A stretch of DNA of 64,000 bases from Neodothiora populina (taxonomy: Eukaryota): assembly GCF_041146345.1 (NCBI RefSeq), contig NW_027191413.1, positions 1,674,001 to 1,738,000 of the forward strand, read 5' to 3'. Position 1 is the stretch's first letter, and each line of letters starts with the position of its first letter. A program made the position numbers and the translations under genes. Below, piece after piece: positions 46,398 through 58,783 of the stretch. The notes beneath the pieces are model-generated. The model worked only from the letters and a program-made list of their open reading frames with translations. It had not been told where the DNA came from and did not search any database.

Positions 46398-49300
46398 TTA
46401 CAAAAGACCCTGTGTTGTGTCCACGGAATTGAGCAGCCCCGACTCTTTGACCAACTCATAGAACAGCCCCTTCCGACGCACCAACTCGGCCGGACTGTCG
46501 AACTCTGCTACACGACCATGGTCTAGAACGACGATTCGGTCGCTGTCCAGGATGGTGTTGATGCGATGGGCAATGGTGATGATTGTGCGGTCCTTGAACA
46601 TGTTGCTCCTCAAGGTGGTTTGCAGCATAGCATCAGTCTCCACGTCAACTGCGGCCTTGGATTTTCTTGTCAGCAGATGCATAGATGTATGTACGTGTAC
46701 TGAGCTTACCGTTGCTTCGTCCAGGACTAAGATATTGCTAGGAGTGAGGAGTGCGCGAGCTAGTGACACGAGCTGTCGTTGTCCTTGACTCAAGTTGGAC
46801 CCACTCTCGTGGATCTGAGCATCGAGCTGTCCGGGCATCGATGCCACATGATCGCGGAGACGAGCATTATCTGTACTGTTGTCAGCAAATCAATCTGCGT
46901 AATTTGTGCCGAGAAATCTTACCCAGGGCGCTCCAAAGCGCAGTATCATCATGAACATGTCCAGGATCGAGATTGTCCCTTATGGTGCCTTCGAACAAGG
47001 CCGCGTCCTGGGGAATAATCGCCAGACGACGTCTGAGATCGAGAAGACCTATAGAGCTTGTACTGATATCGTCTATCGTGACATCTCCGCTTACAGGCTC
47101 TATTATGCGGAACAGGGCTAGTGTCAAGGAACTCTTGCCAGCACCAGTACGACCGACCACACCAATCTTTTCGTGAGACTTGATGTTCAGAGTAATGTCC
47201 TTGAGCACAAGGTCGAGTCCTTCACGGTATCTTGTGCTATAACCATTAAAGGACACTGCACCCTTTGACGGCCAGCTAGCAGGCGGACGATTCTTCGAGA
47301 TTATTTCTGGAGCCTCGCTCGGCAGTGCAGCGTACTCCAATACTCGTTCGACAGAGACAATGTTCGTCTCCACCTCAACTGTTTGACGCACGATCCAGTT
47401 CAGGGATTGTGTAATCTGGAGTGCATAAGACATGGCCAGACCCACAAGACCTGCAGAAAGACCACTTCCTGTGGAGACCGATATGATGGCGAACCCAGCA
47501 GCCGACAGAATGATCACGGAGCCGATGAACTCCAAGCGCACAGCGAGCCACCTATTGGCGTTGATAGAGGGGAAGTACGCACGGAGATTAGCATCAACAC
47601 GCCACTCGTTCTCCATCGCAAAGCGCTTGCTTTGCCTGTATGCTCGGATAGTGCTGATACCACTGAGTGACTCCTGGAAATGGGCATAAATAGGGCTACG
47701 GCTGATTGAGTCAAGTCTCTTGAGCTCCCGAGAAGTCCTGAGGTAGTACCGCTGAATGTAGAGGTATAGGAAGCCGAGGGGAATGATCAAAGCAACAAAG
47801 ATAGGCGTTGAGGCTGAAATGACAACAAGGGTAAATGCAGCTGTGCCAAATGTCAGTGTTCACTCAAGATAAGCAGGAGTGTCGGTCTTTGCATGCATAC
47901 CACGTGCCGAATTCACAAATAACATGTTGAATGTCCGGCTGTCAAAACTGTCAGTGTTTCGAGCAAACAACGGGATCGATTTCCTGTGGACTTACGCCAG
48001 AACCTCATCTATGCGATAGATGTCACTGTCAATCGTGTTAGTGGAAGTGGGCGTGACCGGGTAGCTGGGACAATAGAGATGCCGCGACATGGATGCATGT
48101 TTCACGCACGAGAGTAGAGAACGATATCTGCGGAAAAGCTGTCCTTCACTCTCGTGCGTGATACGTGCATCCTTGCCTCGGAATCAGGACTTACCTCGAA
48201 AAGCGATTTAAAATCCGACCTGCAGGTGTGGTCTCGAAAAATGTCATGGGTGATCTGAATATGGCGAAAGCCATGCGCTCATGGAGCTTTCGGGATGCCT
48301 GCACGAAGCATGAGTTAACGAATCTAGTGTATCGGGCCGATGCAGGCCGGCAGTATTGTAATGCACGTACCTCGATTGAGCAGAAGATCCACAATATCAA
48401 TGTCTGGATGACCACCAGTAATGCAGAACCAATGCCGAAAGCAAAGTAGATGCCGATATACTTCCCAACATGCGGGTTACCCCCGTACCTCCCATTGATT
48501 TCGGACCAGTTTTTCAACCAGACACTACCCCCTGCAAATTGTGTCAAAATCACCAGTTTCCACACGAGAATTATCAGCGCAGCTCACCAATTTGCGCAGT
48601 TTGCGACCCTACGAGAGTGAGGAGATAGATGGCGACTGCGACAAGATTGCTTGTCTTGGCATATTCGGCATAGACAGACCACTTGACCTTTCCTTGTTCG
48701 GAGAACTCCTTTGTCTGTTTCGTTTTGACAACAGCTCCACCTTCCTCGTCCATGACCTTGCCGTGCGGACCACGGAAACTTGCGGTACTTGCACGACGTA
48801 GGGTGAGGCCACTTGCCCTCCGCACCGTTCGACCTCCACCGGGCTTGATAGGGGCAAGTTGGGTATCGCCCTCCTCCGCATCCGTGATTGCCAGATCGTC
48901 TGATGTCGCGTTGGGGTCGTTCTCGAAGACAGTCGCAGAGTCATCGCTGTCCGGAGCCTCGGTGCTTTCACTTTGGTCCTCGTTGCTAGCGGTCTTGATC
49001 AAGTTCGAGATCTCCCCCTTCATCGCCATGAGCTGTTCGTAAGTGCCACGTTCCAGGATCTTATTATCACGGAGCAAGACTATATAGTTGGCTTCCATCA
49101 AAACAGGCAGAGAGTTTGTAGCCAGGATTCTTGTGCGTGACTTGAGAAGACCGTTGGGACCAAGGACGTTATCGATGAGGTGTCGACCAACATGCTGGTC
49201 TACAGCAGACAGAACATCGTCGAGAAGGTAGATATCCGCTCTTGCATAAACTGCTCGCGCCAAGGTCACACGAGCCTTCTGACCGCCAGATAGCGATATG

Positions 49301-51620
49301 CCACGTTCGCCGACTTCGGTTTGATCACCATCTGGCAGAGATGCAAAGTCTTCCTTCAGGGCACAAGCCTGAACCGTCTTTTCATAGAAATGTGGATCCC
49401 ATCGATAGCCGAAGACAATGTTTTCTCTCACAGAGGCATTCATGACCCATGGGGACTGGGCGACGTAAGCAACCTTTCCGCGCATGACGACCTCACCCTT
49501 GACCTTGTAAAGATCACCGAGCATGGTCGACAGGAAAGAAGATTTTCCGGCGCCAACGCGACCAACAATGCACGACAGTTCACCCTTGTGGGCGGAGAAG
49601 GAGATGTTCTCAAGGATGTCTCCACCCACTTGACTGTCCCACTTGAATGTGGCGTCCCTGATACGCACGTTCTCTTCTCCCTCTTCGGTGACGCTGTCAT
49701 ACTGCAAGACGGCATCGCTCTGTAACTCGGATGCCTCGAAGAAACTCGTGAGACGATTGACCGCCACGCTAGCCTCGATGATCGAAGTGATGACCATAGG
49801 AAGGATTGCCAAGGGAAAGGTGAGGAGATTGAACAAAGTAAGGGCGGGAAAGACGATTTCGGTAGTGAGTGGTCGACCTTGGGTCAGAACGAACACTGCA
49901 AAGGTCGAGCATGATACGAAGAATGGAGTAGTCGACCAGGTGAAGTTGGCGAGAGCCATAGTGGCACCAATCTTGCGCAAGGTGTTGAGTTCTTGATCAT
50001 TGCGAATGAAGTTGAGCTTGTTCATGAATGCGGTAGTCCATGCATAGAGTTTGATTGACTTCATGTTGCCCAGAATCTCGGTCATAAGCCTGGTCCTGGC
50101 GTCCTTGTTCTTCATCTGCTTCTTCTGAAGGTTCTTGGAGATTCGTGCGATCAAGCCGTTGATGGGGACCATGGCCAACATGGCGCCAACACCTGCAAAC
50201 ATGCTGAAGCCGACCAGCTGGTACAGTGAGATCATGCATAGAGTAATCTGGAATGGGGCAGACCACAACTGCATGCCGTACTGGGCGAGATCTTGCAGAC
50301 GCTGCGTATCCACAGCCATGTAGTTGACAATATCTCCAGTAGACTTGGAGGAACGACCTTCGTTGGACAAGCGGGTAGACTTTTGGTAAATGGCAGCAGT
50401 CAGAGCAGAACGGATACGCATTCCAGTCTCGAAGGCTCTCTGGAAATATTGGTGCAAGCAGACAGTCTGCGATACGGAAACTCCAAACATGGCCAAGGCG
50501 ATGGCAGCACCGCGAATGGGAGGCTGTGGCGTATCGCCGCGGTACGAGTCGACAAAGGAGATCAGGAGACGCAACAGCTGTGGCTGGACGAAGGCCAACA
50601 TGTCCGAAAGACTCTTGATGCAGGCGCCGCGAAAGTATGGACCTCCAAACCCCTTGAAAAGGGCAGTCCAGAGCGAAGGATTCTTTTTCTCCAGTTCGAC
50701 CTGCCAAGCGGACTCGAATGCCTCGACGGTGGCAGCGGTGGTGTCCCGTTTCCTCAGATTCCAAAGATCGTCTTGTGTCAAGAAGTGCTTGTAGCCGTAT
50801 TTCATCATAGGTGTCATCCAGCTGAAGGTCAGGATGGAGAAAAGATTGGCGTATTCCATGGGACACTCATCGTCGTCTCCGAGGGCATCGTAGTCACTGA
50901 GTCGCTTGGGTACAAGCCACTCCAACACGAACTCAATGGCGGCCAGGCCGACACTGACAGTGAAGGTGACAAAGTAAGCGAGATTTGTCTTGAACAGCTG
51001 CTGGGAAACGAGAGAACGAAGCTTGACGGCGTAGGCAATGAGGGTGAAGAGCCAGAAGACAAGCACGACTCCGTTCGGCTGGCGAGCGCGCCAATGCTCA
51101 ATGTATTGGATGTAGGAGATGACGACAATGGACAGGAAGCTGAGCACGGTAGCCCAGAAGCGAAAGTCGGCGGGCCATATGCCACTGAGGTTATCGATCT
51201 GGATGGCAGCCTGGAGAGCGGTGGTGATGAGAAGGGCGCCGAGCACCGTCTATGATGGAGTCAGTCAATTGCTTTTCTTGAACCAGTTGTGAAAGGACAA
51301 ACCATCTTGGCCCAGAAGTGCCAATCCTTCTTGATTGGTTGCGCGACACATTTTCTCAGCAAATAGTAGATGGCTCCCGCACCAAAGAAGATGCCAAAGG
51401 CAGCTACGGACGCCACCCAGACATCGAGGAAGCATGGAGTGAAATCATAACGGAAGGGACTCAGAGGTCCCCAGCCCTCGATATTTCCACATAGCGGTTG
51501 GGTCTTGTCTTTGCCGGTGGTGGCGACGAGATAATTCAAAGACAGACCAAGGTCCAGACCAAGATCCAGGTGCCGATCCAGATGGACCGGAGACTGGAGC
51601 AACGTCTGGGAGTCGGCCAT
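46398..51620 (-). CDS. YCF1: ABCC/MRP vacuolar glutathione-conjugate/metal ABC transporter, Ycf1-like; 9 exons
   Basis: TMD0 ([14 protein letters not shown]); NBD1 GRVGAGKSS / LSGGQKAR / LLDD; R-domain LRRAS; NBD2 GRTGAGKSS / LSQGQRQ / LDEAT. Exons 51620-51303, 51249-48588, 48531-48371, 48298-48195, 48025-47996, 47938-47901, 47840-46923, 46870-46710 and 46655-46398. Confidence 0.93.
48091..48172. repeat. 25-bp inverted repeat (23/25 match, 32-nt spacer) in YCF1 intron 4
   Basis: GGATGCATGTTTCACGCACGAGAGT (48091-48115) versus ACTCTCGTGCGTGATACGTGCATCC (48148-48172). Confidence 0.9.
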
Positions 51621-52780
51621 TGGAGAAATTCGAGGCCGTCCCGAGAGACGTGACAAGGTCGAGGAGGACAAGGTTGGGGTTGGTGAAGGAGGAAGTCGCT
51701 ATGTACAAGAGCGAAAGACGGTCAGGATTGTACAGATAATTATCCAGGTATACAGTCCAGTCGAGAGCACGGTCAATCCCACCTCGCCTACGATTACGAT
51801 ACTGTACCTTACCGTACAAGTACTGAGGAATGCAACACGCCTCTCAGACAATTCCCTAATCAGAAGAATGAGAGATCGCACTTCTCTATAATCGGAAAGT
51901 CGGCGTCATCGGATTTTAGCTCGGCAATTCCGCAAGGTTATTACTAAAGCACTTGAAGTTTGAGGTTCGGTGGGTTGGTGGGTGCAGTGGTAAAAGAGGC
52001 AAAAGGTGGAGCTACTACTGCTATACCTTAATCAATATCTTGACTACTAGACAAAGACGGTCTCTTATGTAGAGATAAGAAATAACGAATCGAGCGACAA
52101 AACATTAAAGAGCTTCTCGAAGACCAGTAGTCGAGGCTCGGTAGCGATGATTGTCTGACTGCATGTACACGAACCCGCTCTAGGAAGTCGATACGGCAGA
52201 TACTTGTACACCGTCCTTTGGGGTACCTTACCTTGCGTACCTTATCCTGCCCTATAACAACATGCCTCACTCTGCAACACGAATGCAACATCCTACAACA
52301 CTGCTTGACGAGTATTGATAGCTATAACAGCTGGTTCATGGACGACAGTGGGAGGAAATAAGTTCTCTCAACTAAGTACGTAGATATTAATCATTCGTCT
52401 GTCGACTTTTCCACATAGCGATTCGCGGAGCTCAGTGTTGCCTGTACTGATGTCATATGGTTGGAAGCCCAGTCGATACCCATCCATCGTGAAAGTGATT
52501 CGGAAAAAACATATTGAGTGTTTCGACATGCATATTCCCCTACATCTACAGCTTGTGGCAGATAGATGTGTTCGGCAGGAATTGTCCACTATTCATAGAG
52601 GTCTATCATCCAGCAACAAAAGTTCCGCCTTCCATGTTCCCTCCAGACAAAGGTGTCACGATTGCGGGGCTGGAACAGAGATGGAGGGTACAGAACTGTG
52701 CAAGTAAAGTTGCTTCCTGAACTGTGCATTACTGTTTCAGCTTCCGTCACCCAAGACACATTTCCCTCAATATACACAAC

Positions 52781-53947
52781 ATGTCGTCGATAGCGAAGAT
52801 ACAAAAGACCATAGCGCGACAGCAGCAAAAGTACGGAACCCGTTCTTCTATTTTCTGCTAGAGCTGCGCGGACTTGCTAACCACCTCGCAGGGTTGAAGA
52901 AGGTCAATTCTACGAGGCGCATCAACAGCTTCGGGTCATCGCCTCACGCTATGTCAAGTCGAGTGATTATGCCTCGGCCGTCGACGTGCTCTCTTCTGGA
53001 GCCTCGATGCTCTTGAAAGCTGGTCAAGGAGGTTCGGGAGGAGACCTGTGCATGTTCCTCATGGACGTATACGGGAAGGCAGAGCTCAAGGCGGATGTGG
53101 GAAACAAAGCACGAGTGCTCGCTCTTTTACGAGCCTTTCCTCCCGCAGAACCCACCAGGAAACGATTTGTAGGCGAGATCATCGGGTTTGTGCTGCCTCT
53201 GTCAATATTACTGTACAGCAGCCGCTGACATGATCTTGTCAATAGATGGTCCTCGAAGTTTGGAGATTACCCCGCCGGTGACCCTGAAATGCACCACGTT
53301 GCAGGAAGCCTCTATGCCGAAAGTATGAGCGCCCTGTTGTTTTTTCTTAGGATAGACCACTGACTCTTGCCTGCACAGATAGCGAGGCACAAGACGCAGA
53401 ACGACATCTCACCCTAGGCACATCCGACTCGCCCTCCGTCTTTTCCGATCTCGAATACGACTGGTACACCTCCGACGAGCCCTCAACTGCACCCTTCTAT
53501 GTCGCCAGAGGAGTCTTTCCATATCTTCTAGTCGGCAACGTGCGCGCCGCGAACAAGGTGTTTCTACTCTTCACATCCAGACTGGCGTCTTCGAATCCGG
53601 GACTGGGCTTCCAAGACGTATCGTCAGCATCGTCGGACCTGCGCGTCTGCCCGAGTCTGCCGCTGATGAATTTTTTGGGTCTGCTGTTGCTCGCTATCCA
53701 ACGGGGAACGCCAGATCTGTTCAGGCAATTGAAGAGCCACTACGCCAGCCACATCGCCGAGGCGGGTACTTGGGACGAGCCCCTGGCGCGGATAGGAGAG
53801 ACATTTTTTGGGATCAAGATACCCTCGCAGAGTAACCCGCTGTTTGACATGATGGGAAGTTTGTTCATGGGCGGCGGTGGTGGTGCTGGTGGCGCTGGAG
53901 GAAACAAGGCAGTGGGGGCTCCGCCGTCTGCTCCTGGACTGGACTAG
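52781..53947 (+). CDS. GET4: Golgi-to-ER traffic protein 4 (GET pathway); 4 exons
   Basis: KIQKTIARQQQK|VEEGQFYEAHQQLRVIASRYVK, GQGGSGGDL, WSSKFGDYPAGDPEMHH and NPLFDMMGSLF; introns 52831-52891, 53186-53245 and 53323-53378. Confidence 0.93.
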
Positions 53948-54232
53948 ACGGGACGGGACGAGATGAGAGAGTGGAACCAGATCCAGAAATAGAGAATCAA
54001 GAGGCAGGACACAGCTCACCTCCAACTAGTCGTGGGCCTAGCCAATGTGTATCTTTTAAAGAACGGCCCGAAGAAGTCATGACAGCCCCTATGCACATTG
54101 AATGAATACCAACACAAATACACATGGACACACACGCGCACACTCACTTTCTTCTCCCTCGCGAAGGATTAATCCAAAAGCTTAAAGGGAGAGAAAACAA
54201 CTCTCACTCCATCTATCTACACAAACCCCTCT

Positions 54233-57200
54233 CTAAGCCGCTTCCAGCAACTTCATAGCCTCATCCGTCTCCCTCTTGGCATTATCCCCACGGCTCGACC
54301 CCCAAAGCCTCATCATCTCCCTGGCCTCCTCAAGCGCGACCAGCCCCTCCCTAAGCGCGCCCACAACCGCCTCGGGGCCCTCGTCGAACAACTCCCAGAA
54401 CTGCGCCGCCACGCTCAGGCTCGCCTCGCGCTCTATATCCTTGAGGTTCTGCTGCAAGACCAAGATGTTGAGCTGCATGCGCGCGTTGCCCGATGCGTCC
54501 ATGGCGGGCACCATGTTCGCGAACCGAATGAGAGCCGTCTCGGCGACTTCGGACAGCGAGCGAGTCAGGTGCTTGTATTGCACTTCGGGCAGGTGCGAGT
54601 GCAGGTCTTCGTCCATGACCAGGAGGCCCTTGCCGAGATTGACGATCGCCGGGTCCGGGTCGCGGTATTCTTGGTCTAGCGCGTAGTTCGCGGATAGTGT
54701 CTTGGACACGCCCACGAGTATCTGCAGGCGTAGCTCGAGGTGCAGTGTGCGTAGGACTAGCGACGAGAGTTCGGCGAATGAGGCGCCTACTGCGTCGAAG
54801 TCGCGCGCGCAGTCCGTGTCGAGAGGCAGGTAGACGGCTTGGTTGGGGTTGACGGTTGTCAGGGTTGTCCAGCGCCGGTTTTGGTGCCGTGAGTTGCTGG
54901 GTGCCGTCATGGTTGCGGAGATGTGGCGGAGGTTGGCAACGTGCGATGCGAACCAGCGCGCGCTGGTGTAGAGGGTGCAGAGGCCGGAGAGCGCTTTGCG
55001 GTCGAGGATTAGGTCGCTGTCGCTCAGGGGTTGCGATTTCGTCGTGGAGATCAGGAGGGAGGTTTCCTGTTTGGCTCGAGTCAGTTTGGATTTCTTGCGT
55101 TGGGTTCGGTCAGTTGTGGTAGGTGGTGGTAGTAGAAATACCTCTTGGAGCAATTCCGGTCGCTCGTCGTCGGAAGCAGACAGAAGTTTGGCTACGAGAT
55201 CCCGCATGTGTGCGTTATACTCTGCGAGCACGGCCGCCTTCTTCGGCACTTTCTCCGCGTGCGGGTTGTATTGCGGTTTGTTCACGAGCGTCTTGTAGTA
55301 GCTGTAGCATTTATCGTAGAAGCTGCGCAGCTGAGAAATAATCAGTTGACTGAAAGCCTGGTCGTGCGGCAGGCTGTCCAGCAGCCGGCAGAATGCGAGG
55401 ACCAGGTCGAAAGAATGCGATATGCCCTGTGGTGAAGAATCAGCAATGTCGGTCTATCTAATGTCATTTTTGCAAGAACACGCACGGAAAATACAGGCTT
55501 TTGCGCCCTCGAGTACCACTTCGGGTCCTCCCTGAAGGCATGCAGATCCGCAAACACAGCGTTACTCGAGTCGGTGATGGTGTCCTCCAGCTGGGGATAG
55601 AAGACGTTGATCAGAAAGTCATCTAAGAAACCGGTCAAGGTGCTTGGTATGACTTCAGCACTGGGAGGGACGACGTCCTTCAAGCGCGTCAAGAAGGCCA
55701 GCGAAGGCGGCAACAAGATACCCATGTTGAAGACGCTGGGCTCAACGAGCAGTCTGTGACCGGTTGCAGAGCGGTCGGCTTCCTTGTGATCATGGTTTGA
55801 TTTCATGTCAGCACGAGCAGAACCTGCGGAGATCAGGCCAGGCGCGGAGGACTTGAGAATAAACTCCAGGTCTTCTCGCTCGGAGACGAGATCACCAGAC
55901 TTGGAGTCGGTGTCTGCAAGCTTGAAAAGCCGCTTGTTCTTGTCTCTTGTGTAAGGTTTGAAAAGACTGGTGCTGGCGTTGATCTCGTTCTGAGATCGAT
56001 CGCCGGAGTTCCCGTCCGTGGTGAGATGATCGTGGAGCATGGAACGTATTTCGCTCTGGTACAGCTTCCACAATTCAGTGAAGCTTCGCAGTAGTGGTGA
56101 AATTTGAACTCCCTGTCGTTTCAGTATGCGAGAAATGACCTCGTGTAGCACGCGATGGCCCTCTGCAATGGCTTCGAACTTGGCGTAGAGCGTCGAGAGC
56201 ATATCCTCGAGAATGGCCTTTTTGTCCTGGTCGAGATCTGTGGGAATGTCGGACTTGGGGTGCTGCTTTTTGGTGGCATTGCGAACGACACTGGGGTAGC
56301 GTTGCTCGACATCGATGTTGGCGCGCTCGACAACACGGAAGAGCTCTACAGGTAGACGTTGCTCGACAGCATCAACGGCAAGGTCAAGCCGAGACATGCG
56401 GTCCAGGGACTCGACAAGAAGATGTATGTAGGAAAAGGTGTCTGCCTCGGGGTTACGGGAGTTGTCGTCGAGGATCGTAGTGTTGTTCATGAGAGAATCC
56501 AAGAAGCGATACAGCGGTCTACCTTGCAGGGCGAAGGGACCAGTGGTGGCAACACCGGAACCAGATGTTGCGGCTGTGCGATGAGCATACGGTTTCCATC
56601 GGTCTTCGCAATAAGGACTCTTCAAATACAGATGACTGTGCAGTTCCTCGATAAGAATGTCAACAAGGGCATGTTCTTGGTTGCTGAAGTAGAGGCGCAG
56701 ATCAGCCAGGGCGCCAATCTCCTCCATTTCCGGCTTGCGCATGAGTTTGAGAGCTTCTTGCAATGTGTCGACTGCAGCGAGGAACCTCTTCTCGGAGATC
56801 TGGGCTTCTAGTTTCTCCGGCATGATTTGCAATTGCTCGATATAGGCCAGTGTCTGCAGCATATGATCGTAGCTCTGGCTCGAGGTAGCAAAGGCTTTGA
56901 GTTCTGGACGGCTTGTCCTCAGGTTTGTCTTAGCACCGAGGAGAGATTGTTTCAGAGTGCGCACTCTGGTCTGAGAGGTCAAGATGCTGGCCTGGATCTG
57001 ATGGAAGGTACCAATGGAGGAGTTGAAGCCCTGATGGTGTTCATTGACAATAGATTTCAAAGCATTCTGCAGTCGTTGGTGCGTCGCTCTGAATTGCTGA
57101 TGCTGGTCGGCCAGACCCAGAGAGCTCTGATCCATCAGCTGCAGGGCAACCTTGACAGGCACGCAGTCGTCGGATGACATGAAGGACCAATTGGCGTCTA

Positions 57201-57615
57201 TATCACGGAGAATGTCTTCAATCTCGTTTGCATTCGCATGGGAAGAGCCGTTGCCGTTGCCGTAGCCATTGACGCCGTTCTGGGGGTTGTGGTTTCCACC
57301 ACGTTGTCTGCTGGTGCTTCGACTTGCGCCATATGCGCGACCTGAGTCTGCGCTTCTTCGATGAGCGTGACGACGATCGAGCTGTGCGGGCGCATCTACT
57401 CTCGGACCGTATTCATCATGGTCTTGTTCCTGGCGTTGTCCTAGGTATTGAACGGGTGGGCCTCGGGATCTGCTGCGCTCGTCGGCGGAAGTGCTGCCCA
57501 CGCTCGCAGCATCAAGGTCGCGTCGGCGGGAGAAAGCGGGAGGATTTGAGTCGTAGCCGTAGCCATTGGTATAGGGGTGGTCGTTGTTGTTGTTGTTGTT
57601 GTTGGCGGCGTACAT
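54233..57615 (-). CDS. SEC8: Exocyst complex component Sec8; 2 exons
   Basis: CVPVKVALQLMD.SSLG, IVNEHHQGFNSSIGTFHQIQ, LEAQISEKRF, EELHSHLYLKSPYC and MQLNILVLQQNLK; intron 55427-55485. Confidence 0.93.
57583..57603 (-). repeat. (AAC)7 microsatellite encoding polyN at the Sec8 N-terminus
   Basis: (GTT)7 on the + strand. Confidence 0.85.
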
Positions 57616-58162
57616 GTCTCGTAGCCAATATACGGGCCTAAGCCGGAGTCCTTATCTGGCTCTGGATTGCTCGTCGACACACTCGTTATATCCTCCTAGG
57701 GTACAAGGGGACCTGCAAAGATTATGGGTGATGTGATCAATCGATGACACGACGCCTCCCTTTCAAGGCGGTTGGTGGGTGGACAGGATCACATAAATTA
57801 TCGGTATAGCAACTCGGGGTATACAAGTGGTGGAAGGAGGATCCAGGCTTGGTTATAGTAAGGAATATATGTACAGTATTGTAGATTCGATCTCCAACGT
57901 CTAATTTCTGTAATGACTGGATGCGGGCGACAATGAGAAGAGTGACCTTGCTAGCTGTTTCTTGTGTGTATAAGGTATTCACTGAATACACGCAATGAGA
58001 CGCGCCGCCAAGAAGAAGGTATACCTTACAGCTGGGTCACCACTAACTGAAGGCGGGCGGGAGTGGCATGTACAAGTAGGGAAACGGGAGACGCTAATTT
58101 CCTTCGAAGTGCCTGCTAACGAGCTCAAAGATTCCTTAGAAGCAGGTGAATTGATAGGGCTG

Positions 58163-58190
58163 AGTAGGTAGTAGGTAGTAGGTAGTAGGT
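58163..58190. repeat. (AGTAGGT)4 tandem repeat in the SEC8/CTR9 divergent intergenic region
   Basis: Four perfect 7-nt copies. Confidence 0.85.
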
Positions 58191-58783
58191 ACAGTACCTG
58201 CCTCGAGATATTACTGCAGTTTGGCGAACCTTCCCTAAGTGGCTGCGCGTCACTTCCTAACCAACAGAACACTGCGACATCTGGACTTCTTCTTGACACT
58301 TGCTAGCTGGAGACTTTCACTTCCACAAAAGTGCATCGTCCTTCATCCAACAACGATTGCTCCTTGAATAATAAGAAGCAGTCAAGACTTGGTCCATCTA
58401 TTCATCTGCGGTCATTCTTGGTCGCCATCTCTGGATTCTGCACCGCAATCATCTCCATCTCCATCACTTTTTCGCGTTCGACAAATACACCACCCTCGCT
58501 CCTCGAATCTCCTCAACCGGCGCGAGTGTTCGTTGTCATCATACGCCTTTGCTGTACCTGTCACCTCTTCAGGCCTCGTCCCATGGCTGTCGCGTCTCCG
58601 TCACCCTAAGCTCAAGCTGTTCTGTTTCGCTACCGCTACCGCTACCGCTACCACGCCTGCCACGCGCTCCAAAACCACCCCCGTACCGCTACTTCCTTCC
58701 CATCTCTCGTCTACTAGCGTAGGGCTGTAGCTCTCACCTCGATCAGCGCGCCCTCTTTTCCACATACATTCGAAACCGCAGAC

